In this document: positions 49,029 through 57,094 of the stretch, in pieces
Numbering within the stretch: the stretch's first letter is position 1
Layout: the number at the start of each line of letters is the position of its first letter
Source of the DNA: an uncultured Candidatus Saccharibacteria bacterium
GTDB taxonomy: Bacteria; Patescibacteriota; Minisyncoccia; Phycocordibacterales; PALSA-1337
Assembly: GCA_964357605.1 (NCBI GenBank)
Contig: CAYHLX010000004.1
Coordinates: 1,081 to 65,080, forward strand
Reading direction: 5' to 3'
Length of the DNA stretch: 64,000 nt
Notes under the pieces: generated by a model
Database searches by the model: none
What the model was told of the DNA's origin: nothing
The model's input: the letters and a program-made list of their open reading frames with translations, nothing else
Made by a program: the position numbers and the translations under genes

Positions 49029-49658
49029 CTACACTATCTCTTTTCTTTCCTGTTTTTGAACTTTCTTGCTCTTAAAATAGTGGAAAATGGGGGGTATAAA
49101 TGAAGTAAGAATTATAAGAATAACAATAGGAAGCATATAGCGGTCCGCGTTTGGCACAACTTTTCCTAGGAAATATCCGGCCAAAGTCAGGCCGACAGAC
49201 CAGATGAAAGCCCCTATAACGTTGTAACTTAAAAATGTCCGGTAGTGCATGTTACCAACTCCAGCCACAATTGGTGCAAAAGTACGAACAATTGGCATAA
49301 ATCTAGCTAAGATTAGGGTTTTCTTTCCATGTTTCTCATAAAAGAGGGCGGCTTGGAGAGCATACTTCTTTTTAAAAAAGAATGAATTGTCTTTGGTAAA
49401 TAGTCTTGGCCCGGTTTTTTTACCAAACCAATAACCCACACTATCCCCCGCCACCGCCGCCACAAAAACACCGATGAGTAGTGCTTCTATTGGCAATAAA
49501 CCTTGTGAAGCTAGAAAGCCTGCTGTAAATAGTAGTGAGTCACCAGGAAAAAAGAAACCAAAGAAAACTCCTGATTCCAGAAAAATTATCACAATGACAC
49601 CTACCAAACCAAACATGGCTATAAGTTGTTGTGGATCTAGTACAGCGGAGATGGACAT
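49029..49658 (-). CDS. DedA/VTT family membrane protein
   Basis: PGDSLLFTAG, ARFMPIVRTFAP. Confidence 0.93.
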   Translation of the reverse strand: MSISAVLDPQQLIAMFGLVGVIVIIFLESGVFFGFFFPGDSLLFTAGFLASQGLLPIEALLIGVFVAAVAGDSVGYWFGKKTGPRLFTKDNSFFFKKKYALQAALFYEKHGKKTLILARFMPIVRTFAPIVAGVGNMHYRTFLSYNVIGAFIWSVGLTLAGYFLGKVVPNADRYMLPIVILIILTSFIPPIFHYFKSKKVQKQERKEIV

Positions 49659-49667
49659 TTTATTTTA

Positions 49668-50012
49668 TTATTTAGCTTTAGTCCCTGGAGGGATGGATGA
49701 ATTTGGCTCAAGTAAAGAAAAAGCCCCTTCGGCCGTAGAAACAGCAAAAAGCATGCCGTTACTTTCATGATCCTTGATGATTCTAGGTTCAAGATTTGTG
49801 ACAAACATGGCGGTTCGTCCTACCAGCACAGTAGGGTCTGGAAAATAAAAAGAAATCCCAGAAACAATTTGACGAGGTTTTTCCTCGGCAAAATCAACCA
49901 TAAGCTTCAGGAGCTTATCGGTATCAGGAATTTTCTCTGCAGACAGGATCTTCCCTGCTCTTATTTCTACCTTGGCAAAATCTTCGTACGAGATCATGAC
50001 TTTATTATGCAC
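49668..50012 (-). CDS. Free-standing tRNA-binding OB domain (CsaA/MetG C-terminal-like)
   Basis: EDFAKVEIRAGKI, DKLLKL, RQIVSGI, NLEPR, SNGM. Confidence 0.88.
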   Translation of the reverse strand: MHNKVMISYEDFAKVEIRAGKILSAEKIPDTDKLLKLMVDFAEEKPRQIVSGISFYFPDPTVLVGRTAMFVTNLEPRIIKDHESNGMLFAVSTAEGAFSLLEPNSSIPPGTKAK

Positions 50013-50391
50013 TATTTTTCCTTTTATCCAAGAAGCTTTGGAGAATGAGGGCGGCAGCCGATTCGTCTGTGGTTTTTGTCTTACCTTGTAGTTTTTCTAC
50101 ATGAGCACTAGTCATGAATTCCGGCTCAAGGTGTACGGTAAATCCAGATGATTCAAGATTTTTTTTGAATTCTAAACTCTTTTCCAAGATAGCATTGGCC
50201 TCACCTTTATAATTCCTTGATTCTCCAAGAATGATCTCTTTTATTTCATTCTTTTTGGCTAGATCAATGACTTCTTGGAGAAGTGTTTTGGAGTTTGAGA
50301 AAGTCATAAAAGGCATGGCAAACTGACACTCTGGGTCAGATAGAGCAATCCCCACCCTCTTTGTGCCATAGTCTATACCGAGAAGTCGCAT
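50005..50391 (-). CDS. ruvX: Holliday junction resolvase-like RuvX/YqgF
   Basis: LGIDYGTKRVGIA, D..AAALILQSFL. Confidence 0.9.
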   Translation of the reverse strand: MRLLGIDYGTKRVGIALSDPECQFAMPFMTFSNSKTLLQEVIDLAKKNEIKEIILGESRNYKGEANAILEKSLEFKKNLESSGFTVHLEPEFMTSAHVEKLQGKTKTTDESAAALILQSFLDKRKNSA

Positions 50392-50449
50392 GTGGTCAGT
50401 CTACTCTAAGTTGAAAGTTAGAGCAAAATATGAGAGGATCTTCTTACAG

Positions 50450-50536
50450 GGATGGGTGGCTGAGTGGTTTAAGGCAACAGTCTTGAAAACTGTCGTCCTC
50501 GCAAGGGGACCGTGAGTTCAAATCTCACCCCATCCG
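50450..50536 (+). tRNA. tRNA-Ser(TGA)
   Basis: GGATGGG/CCCATCC; ACAGT-CTTGAAA-ACTGT; long variable arm. Confidence 0.95.
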
Positions 50537-50570
50537 CAATATTCGCAAAAGCCATGTTATAATATTCTCC

Positions 50571-51029
50571 ATGAAACCCCTCATGGAATGGGATGCTCCC
50601 GATCATCTTCATATAGAAAAAAATAGTGATTGGTACTGGGCAGTCGGTATTGTCACTATTACTGCCGTAACCCTAACTTTTATGTTTGGTAATGTCATCT
50701 TTGGCATCCTTATCTTAATTGGGGTCTTTTCTCTACTTGTTCATGCAGGCAAAAAACCAAAAATCATTCATGTAGAAATAAACGACAGAGGACTGGTGGT
50801 AGATGATATCCTTTATCCTTTTATTACCTTGGAATCATTTTGGATTGACGCTCATGAACGTCCTGGCAAAATACTTTTGAAATCTCTCAAAACTTTCATG
50901 CCCTATATAATTGTCTATATTGATGAAGTAGATTCAGAAGAGGTGAGAGATGTATTGCTAAACTACATTGCCGAAACAGAGCATCACGAACCATTATCTC
51001 AAAAGATCATGGAGAGGTTTGGATTTTAG
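50571..51029 (+). CDS. Conserved membrane protein (two TM helices plus PH-like domain)
   Basis: W.AP....EK..DWYW; TGTTATAAT 7 nt before ATG. Confidence 0.65.
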   Translation: MKPLMEWDAPDHLHIEKNSDWYWAVGIVTITAVTLTFMFGNVIFGILILIGVFSLLVHAGKKPKIIHVEINDRGLVVDDILYPFITLESFWIDAHERPGKILLKSLKTFMPYIIVYIDEVDSEEVRDVLLNYIAETEHHEPLSQKIMERFGF

Positions 51030-51054
51030 GTCAAATATGCTACCCTACTTTTAC

Positions 51055-51126
51055 GCCCTCATCGTTCAATGGATAGGACGCAACTTTGCGGAAGTTGCGA
51101 TGTAGGTTCGATTCCTACTGAGGGCA
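51055..51126 (+). tRNA. tRNA-Arg(GCG)
   Basis: GCCCTCA/TGAGGGC; CAACT-TTGCGGA-AGTTG; GTAGGTTCGATTCCTAC. Confidence 0.93.
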
Positions 51127-51132
51127 CCCCCA

Positions 51133-51459
51133 TTAGAGCAATGTAACCTTAAGTTTAGCATCCAGTGCTTTTGCTACGCGCTTCAAAAACTTAATGGAGG
51201 GATTGTAATTCCCTGCCTCTAGGCGAGAGATGACGGATTGGTCACTACCAATCTTTTTGGCGAGCTGTTTTTGGCTCATGTCTTTTTCGATACGTCTGCG
51301 AATGATCGAGAATTCTAATTCGAGAGCATCATAAGCCGCTTTGACTCCAGGTCTTTTCATAACCTCACGAGACCAGTCTTCATAACGAATAAATTTTAAC
51401 TTTGGATTTAATTTTATCATAGGATGATTATATGCTATATAAGTCATATTTGCAACCAC
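51133..51459 (-). CDS. XRE-family HTH antitoxin (HigA-like)
   Basis: SQKQLA..IGSDQSVISRLE.G..NPSI..L; likely start MIKLNP near 51420. Confidence 0.85.
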   Translation of the reverse strand: MVANMTYIAYNHPMIKLNPKLKFIRYEDWSREVMKRPGVKAAYDALELEFSIIRRRIEKDMSQKQLAKKIGSDQSVISRLEAGNYNPSIKFLKRVAKALDAKLKVTLL

Positions 51460-51752
51460 TTATATTTTATTTTTATAAGATCTAATTCCCTTCTTGTTAT
51501 CTTTTCAGTCTTTTTTTCGAATCCGTGAAAAATAATAGCAGCTTCATGCGAGAATATATAGATAAGACGAATATTATGTACTCCGCCAACCCGCAACTCA
51601 AAAATACCCGGCAATATGTTTTTGCTATACGGCATTCTAATATTGTAGCCATATTTTTTTAAGAGATCAAAATATCCTCGACAGCGTCCAACTGCTCCAT
51701 CTCCAAGATTATCCATAAAATTTTGCACTTCCTCCATTACTATTATTTCCAT
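51444..51752 (-). CDS. RelE/HigB (gp49-like) toxin
   Basis: MPYSK...GIFELR...RLIY...HGFEKKTEK. Confidence 0.85.
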   Translation of the reverse strand: MEIIVMEEVQNFMDNLGDGAVGRCRGYFDLLKKYGYNIRMPYSKNILPGIFELRVGGVHNIRLIYIFSHEAAIIFHGFEKKTEKITRRELDLIKIKYKWLQI

Positions 51753-51896
51753 CCCACCACCCTAGCACAATGAAATGAAGCCAAAATAAAAAAGTTCTAA
51801 AGAAACGATAAAGTTCGTAGTTGCTCAACAAAAAGTCCCATTGTGTGAATGGGTCATTTTGTGTCGTGGTAACTAAAATTATGATAGAATATAGGT

Positions 51897-52436
51897 ATGA
51901 AAAAAAATTTACCTTTAGTCATTGGGATAGTTTTGCCTATCATTTTTATCATTATAATCTCATTGGTCATTTTCCTACCAAAAGCTTCTTTGAAACCTCT
52001 GCATAACTTTATTTACTCAGCAGAAACCCCCTATTATTCATACAACAATGGACCGTACAAAAACACCTACAAAATAGAGAGCGGACGTCTCATAACCCAA
52101 GCCCTACCAATAAATCCAGAATATAATAAAAATATTGTCTTTAAAGCAGACAATCCCCCTCTTTACCTATACGATGTAAAAAACGAATCCGCCCATGAAA
52201 TTACTTTGGAAGAAGCTCAGAGATATATCCTAGATCCCGGACCATCTTCCCCAGATGGATATAGTGTCGGTTATAGTTATGGTCATGATGGGATTTTTGA
52301 GATATTTGGTTCTGATGGGAATGATAATGGTTACTATGTTTCAAAAGGAAATGCCAAGAGAAAACTACCTGGATTGACCAATGGCACTCGATATTCGTAT
52401 GATGGAAATTTCAAACTTATTGGTTGGGTAAAATAA
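51897..52436 (+). CDS. Membrane-anchored hypothetical protein
   Basis: N-terminal TM; SPDGY; C-terminal LIGWVK. Confidence 0.65.
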   Translation: MKKNLPLVIGIVLPIIFIIIISLVIFLPKASLKPLHNFIYSAETPYYSYNNGPYKNTYKIESGRLITQALPINPEYNKNIVFKADNPPLYLYDVKNESAHEITLEEAQRYILDPGPSSPDGYSVGYSYGHDGIFEIFGSDGNDNGYYVSKGNAKRKLPGLTNGTRYSYDGNFKLIGWVK

Positions 52437-52443
52437 TAAATAT

Positions 52444-53433
52444 ATGAACAAAGAACAAATAATCTCTTTTATAAAGGAACAAGTGGCAGCGGGCAAAATC
52501 TCAAACGGTGATTTGTTAAACATGACTCAAAACACAGTTACAGAACACAAAGAAGAAGCTCCCACCAGAAACCTCACTAGTGTTTTCTATGCCATAGGAG
52601 GAGTCATCGCCGTTATCGGAGTAGCCATACTAGTGGCCCAGAACTGGGAAGAAATCGGTTTTGCTGGAAGAATCTTGGTGACCTTAGGCATTTCCCTGGT
52701 AGCCTACGTAGTTGGCCTCGTCATGAGAAGCCCTGAATCCCGAGTCCTTTCTCAGGTCATGTTTACAATCTCTGTAGCTCTAGCCCCAATGGGAACATTT
52801 ATCCTCCTACAAGAAGCTGATGTCAATTTTACCTTGAATGTGCAAATCTTGATTTCCCTGGTGTTAGCAGTCATCTACGGAGTAGCCCTGCTCATCAGCA
52901 AAAGAAATATTCTCTCCATCTTTACTCTCGCCTTCCTAACTTGGACATACTTCGCGGTCGTCTTAAAAATATTTGATATTGAAAATCTAAGGGACATGGA
53001 TATTCTAAAGTGGACAGTGATGATTCTCGGTTTTTCTTACCTACTCATCGCTTATGGATATGGAGTGCTAAGCAAGAGAGCAACCGACATGATAGACCGA
53101 AGAGAAAAATCCGGTATCAAAAGTATTTTATACGGCCTAGGCACCATCGGGGTTTTAGGAGCGGGAATATCTATCGGCGGTGCTTTTGACCTCATCTTTA
53201 TTGCCTTCATCTTTGCTTTCTTTTACGGAAGCGTCTACCTCAAGAGTACGGGTATACTCATTCTCGCCAGCTTATTCCTCATTGGACACATCATCAAACT
53301 AACAGCGAGATACTTCATTGACTCCATCAACTGGCCAGTCGCACTCATCATTACCGGTTTTGTAGTCATCGGTATAGGATATCTAACTTATTATTTAAAC
53401 AAGAAATTTATTTCTTCTCCTCGAGTCTCTTAA
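52444..53433 (+). CDS. DUF2157-like multi-pass membrane protein
   Basis: IGG....GV..LVAQNWEEI; many TM helices. Confidence 0.7.
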   Translation: MNKEQIISFIKEQVAAGKISNGDLLNMTQNTVTEHKEEAPTRNLTSVFYAIGGVIAVIGVAILVAQNWEEIGFAGRILVTLGISLVAYVVGLVMRSPESRVLSQVMFTISVALAPMGTFILLQEADVNFTLNVQILISLVLAVIYGVALLISKRNILSIFTLAFLTWTYFAVVLKIFDIENLRDMDILKWTVMILGFSYLLIAYGYGVLSKRATDMIDRREKSGIKSILYGLGTIGVLGAGISIGGAFDLIFIAFIFAFFYGSVYLKSTGILILASLFLIGHIIKLTARYFIDSINWPVALIITGFVVIGIGYLTYYLNKKFISSPRVS

Positions 53434-53680
53434 GAGCGGACATGATTCTAGATTTGTAACGTCCAGCGGAGTTGGCTTTGATGTATTTTCTTTTTGCACC
53501 TTTGTCTAAAGCTTTATAAAGAGACGGGACGAGAGCTTTGGCTTCAGCAATCTTATTTTCTGACACGAGTTTCCTAAATTTCTTCATAGGAACGTCAATA
53601 GCGGCCTTGGTTCTAAGGTTATAAACTCTTTTTCTGGATGAGGCACGTAAAGCTTTGTGAGCTGATGATGTGATCGGCAT
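53408..53680 (-). CDS. rpsT: 30S ribosomal protein S20
   Basis: MPITSSAHKALR...N...LDK.AK...IKAN.A.R.KSR. Confidence 0.93.
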   Translation of the reverse strand: MPITSSAHKALRASSRKRVYNLRTKAAIDVPMKKFRKLVSENKIAEAKALVPSLYKALDKGAKRKYIKANSAGRYKSRIMSALKRLEEKK

Positions 53681-53749
53681 ATATTGTTTTTGTATCTCAA
53701 AACTATCATATACCTTTAAAAAAGACAAGGTTCAGGCTATGATAGAGTC

Positions 53750-54319
53750 ATGATCGCCAAACTAATAGGAAAAATTGCCCATATAGACCCCAAATACCTG
53801 GTTCTAGATGTTGGCGGGGTTGGATACAAAGTTTCAACCACCTCCGATATTATGACCAAGATAGGCCGTGAGGAGGAGCTGGTAACTCTCTGGACATATC
53901 TCGCTGTCCGTGAAAACGCTTTGGATTTATACGGATTTCTAACCCTCGCCGAGCTCGGTTTCTTTGAGTTACTTATCACCATCTCAGGTATCGGTCCAAA
54001 AACAGCCCTTGGAATACTCAACTCTGCTTCTGTGCATGCCTTAGAAACAGCCGTTCAGACTGGGGACACTTCCCATCTGACCAAGGTTTCGGGTATTGGT
54101 AAAAAGATTGCAGAGAAAATTGTGATGGAATTAAAAGATAAGGTGGAAAAGATGACAGGAACCATAAAAATGAATAATGACGATGGAGATGTTGTAGAGG
54201 CCCTAAAAACCCTGGGTTACAGCCCACAGGAAGATAGGGATGTGATGAAAAAATTACCTAAAGATTTAACCAAAACAGGCGATCGGGTAAAAGCAGCTTT
54301 AAAAATACTTGGAAAATAA
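53750..54319 (+). CDS. ruvA: Holliday junction branch migration protein RuvA
   Basis: GGVGY, LYGF, ISGIGPKTAL, GIGKK.AEKI..ELK, ALKTLGY. Confidence 0.96.
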   Translation: MIAKLIGKIAHIDPKYLVLDVGGVGYKVSTTSDIMTKIGREEELVTLWTYLAVRENALDLYGFLTLAELGFFELLITISGIGPKTALGILNSASVHALETAVQTGDTSHLTKVSGIGKKIAEKIVMELKDKVEKMTGTIKMNNDDGDVVEALKTLGYSPQEDRDVMKKLPKDLTKTGDRVKAALKILGK

Positions 54320-55388
54320 TTAGTCATAAAAAAGCCTTGCTATAGAATCTTTAATTTTCTCACTTTTACAATGAGAGAGCATACCGAGATAAGATTGCAT
54401 TGATTGTTCAAGAAATTCTTTGGTGATTTTTCCTTCTTCGTATGAACATTTTAGTTTTCGTATTTTATTGAGCATCCTTCTCTTGGTTCTCGTCCTCAAA
54501 ACTTTGTGGTGTGGTAAGGATACATAGCCAAGAAAATCCGTCCCTGTGTTCAATTTTCTTATAGTTACCTTATTTGGATGAAGTTCCATCCGAAGATTAT
54601 CTGTTAAAAATGATTGGATTTTTAAAATACACTCTTGTAAAAAGTCTCTGGAGTTATGAACGATAACAAAATCATCACAGTAACGAATATAATATTTCGT
54701 TTTGAGTGTATGTTTGCAAAATTGATCTAGCTCATTGAGATAGATATTTGCGAATACCTGGCTAGTTACATTGCCCAAAGGCAAACCTTTTCCCTGCGTC
54801 ACCTTAAATGAATCTATGATTTTATTAAGAAGATCTAAAAGCTCCTCGTCATGTACCCTCTTTCCCACCAGAGATTTGAGAACTTGGTGATCAATTGAAT
54901 CAAAGAATTTTCTGATATCGCATTTAAGAACAAAAGCTTGCTGTGTATAATTTCTAGAAACCTTTCTTGAAAATTGTTCCAATCTCTCTACTCCCTTGTG
55001 AGTACCTTTGTCATCTCTTGACGCAAAAGAATCATGAATAAAAGTCTTATCAAAAACCTGATATAATGCCTGATACAGAGCTTGGTAAAGGACCCTATCA
55101 CGGACACTCGCTTTGTGAATTTTCCTCAATTTCGGATCTTGGACATAGAATGCCTTGTATGGATCAGGCTTCCACTTACCAATAATTAGTTCGTTGCAAA
55201 GACTAAAAAGATTTTCCTCCAAATTAAACTCAAATTCTGCAACTTCTTTTTTTGATCTTTTTCCTTTTCTAAATCTTTTCCACGCCCGAAACAGATTTTC
55301 AAGACTTATTACATCACAAAAATTCAAACTATGACGCCCCCCCCCCGAACACACCCTCTCTATTATTGAAAAGATTCGCCTGCTTCAT
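54320..55388 (-). CDS. DGR reverse transcriptase; frameshifted from its likely ATG (55388) by a G10 tract
   Basis: PKLR.I....RDRV, LKCDIRKFFDSI, GLPLGNVTSQ (DGR-type LGxxxSQ), YCDD, DFLGY; with G9 the frame reads MKQANLFNNREGVFGGGRHSLNF... (355 aa). Confidence 0.93.
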
Positions 55389-55703
55389 GCGGATATTTAT
55401 ATCATAGGACAGAGACTTCCTAAACAGCACAAACTTGGTATTCATCATGATTTAGAGAGAGCAATTGGAAAGATTATGGAATTGACCATAGAAGCTAGAT
55501 TTCTAGTGGCCAAAAATAAGATTAGGGTATTAGAAATTACTCGAATCAAGAATGAAGTATTGAAACACACCATTCGTACAGAATACGAGTTTAAAATTAT
55601 AAATGAAAAGGAATACTTGAGGCTTGCTGGTCAAATTGTAGAAATCTCAAGAATGATTAACGGCTGGATAAGGTACCTAACAGAAAAAAGTCATGTTAGT
55701 TAG
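55331..55703 (+). CDS. avd: Avd-like accessory four-helix-bundle protein; frameshifted by a C10 tract
   Basis: Open frame extends upstream of track start 55476 (..LSIIEKIRLLHADIYIIGQRLPKQHKLGI..) and ends EISRMINGWIR; ATG 55331 joins it with C9 (123 aa). Confidence 0.82.
55337..55346. repeat. C10/G10 homopolymer shared by the 5' ends of avd and RT
   Basis: atgacg-cccccccccc-gaacac. Confidence 0.95.
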
Positions 55704-55719
55704 ACAATGACTTTTTCTG
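55681..55719. other. Hairpin just 3' of TR, overlapping the avd stop
   Basis: cagaaaaaagtcat-gttagttagaca-atgactttttctg (one bulged A). Confidence 0.65.
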
Positions 55720-55728
55720 CAAAAACTT

Positions 55729-55841
55729 CCAAGCGAGCCCCGATGTTCGGATTGCAATTGTCACGATAGTTCCAGTTGAAGTTGGCCTGGGCGTTGTTGA
55801 CGTTCCAGTTGCCGTTAGCCACCTTCTTGTCACCAGGCAAC
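55729..55841 (-). repeat. DGR template repeat (TR), 113 bp
   Basis: Ungapped match to 56122-56234; AAC-rich (LPGDKKVANGNWNVNNAQANFNWNYRDNCNPNIGARL). Confidence 0.96.
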
Positions 55842-56092
55842 GCACTAGTATCACCTCTTTTCCCTATCACCAAAAATCATTTTCATAATTTTTTGTGTTT
55901 TGTGTATCCATTTGTATTCAATGGCATTGTATAAAAGATGACACGCAGTTTTTATATTATGGCAAATTGCTATTCTCTGTATATAGGGAACCAATTTTAC
56001 AACCACCATCATCAGTATAAATAAAAGAAAAGTGGCGTGCAATATTTCAGCACACCACTTTATTGAATTCCCCAAGCCCAAGGGAAAAAGAG

Positions 56093-56953
56093 TTAGGACT
56101 TGCGAAGGGCAAAGAACTCTACCAAGCGAGCCCCGAGGCTCGGAGAGCAAAGGCCACGAGAGTGCCAGCGGAAATCGGCCTGAGCGCTGTCGACGACCCA
56201 GTAGCCGTGCGCCACCCGCTCGCCACCAGGCAACCGATCATCAGGAAACCATGTGAGCGTTTCCCCAGAATCAAGATGCTCGTCGGTGATTAGGAAGTGG
56301 AGATTATCCGCATCTGACCAACCAAACAGGTTAATCCAGTTCTGATTCTTCTCAACCTTGACTTCGAGGAGTCCGTCCGGCGACTTGGCATTTTTGCCCA
56401 AGGTATCTGCATCAGGCCGAATAGATCGCTTGATGAAACCGAGTTGAGAAATATCTAAACCCCTAGAGTTCTTGTATTTCATCACGTCTGCTTCCTCGTA
56501 AGAGGCGTTCATGCCGAGCTTCATCTTCCAGTCAAGCGCCATCCTATTGGTGGCACCGGCGGGACGAAAAACTGGCATGATGTCGGTCCGGGCCAAGACT
56601 CGGTCATCCATCATGAACATGTCCCGGAAGATGACTGTCTCGCCCGTGAGGAACTTGTGAAGTTTCTCTCGAGCTTCCAGCCATTCTGCGAAGGTCTCGC
56701 CGGTGGCGGTGAGAATGAGTGGTTCGGGAGTTGGGACCTTTGCAGATTCCACGACCTCAACCCTGCTCACCTCTCCTGGAAGGACGAAACCTCGACGCAA
56801 CACTTCCTGCAGTTGAGGCAGGTTTTGTTCGTAGTGTTCCAATTGCTCAATCGTGAGAACTTGAGGCATATTGGAGACCAGTTTTAGGCCGAGGTTAAAT
56901 CCACGCACAATGAGTGCTGGATCCTGTGTTTCAATCAAGGGTATACCTTTCAT
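56093..56953 (-). CDS. DGR target protein with C-terminal variable region (probable C-type-lectin-like fold)
   Basis: VR in the last ~47 codons, ending GARL; own TTGACT-N17-TAATAT promoter and AAAGGA SD. Confidence 0.9.
   Translation of the reverse strand: MKGIPLIETQDPALIVRGFNLGLKLVSNMPQVLTIEQLEHYEQNLPQLQEVLRRGFVLPGEVSRVEVVESAKVPTPEPLILTATGETFAEWLEAREKLHKFLTGETVIFRDMFMMDDRVLARTDIMPVFRPAGATNRMALDWKMKLGMNASYEEADVMKYKNSRGLDISQLGFIKRSIRPDADTLGKNAKSPDGLLEVKVEKNQNWINLFGWSDADNLHFLITDEHLDSGETLTWFPDDRLPGGERVAHGYWVVDSAQADFRWHSRGLCSPSLGARLVEFFALRKS
56122..56234 (-). repeat. DGR variable repeat (VR), 113 bp
   Basis: 25 mismatches to TR by manual alignment, 22 at TR adenines. Confidence 0.96.
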
Positions 56954-57094
56954 AGGTGTTTCCTTTCACTTTTCATGACCGACTGCGAGCTTAGACGGTA
57001 GTCGTTTTATTTATTGCCATGAATTCCACCCTAGATATTATCACAAATCTACACATAAGTCAATGGTAATAAAACCCTTGAAATAGGGCATAAT

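Larger units (their letters stand above)
54320..56953. mobile_element. Diversity-generating retroelement (RT, avd, TR, target gene with VR)
   Basis: All canonical components present within 2.6 kb between ruvA and a Mur ligase. Confidence 0.95.

Noticed and set aside
54320-55388. RT as group II intron, retron or CRISPR-associated RT
   Set aside because: LGxxxSQ motif, small size, adjacent Avd and an adenine-biased TR/VR pair identify a DGR; no maturase extension or cas genes
56068-56086. Hairpin downstream of VR as the DGR target-recognition stem-loop
   Set aside because: Only a 5-bp stem (TTCCC/GGGAA); right position but too weak to call
55851-56293. Track ORFs 55851-56150 (-), 56032-56256 (+) and 56063-56293 (+)
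   Set aside because: They overlap VR in other frames or cross the AT-rich spacer and have no recognisable motifs
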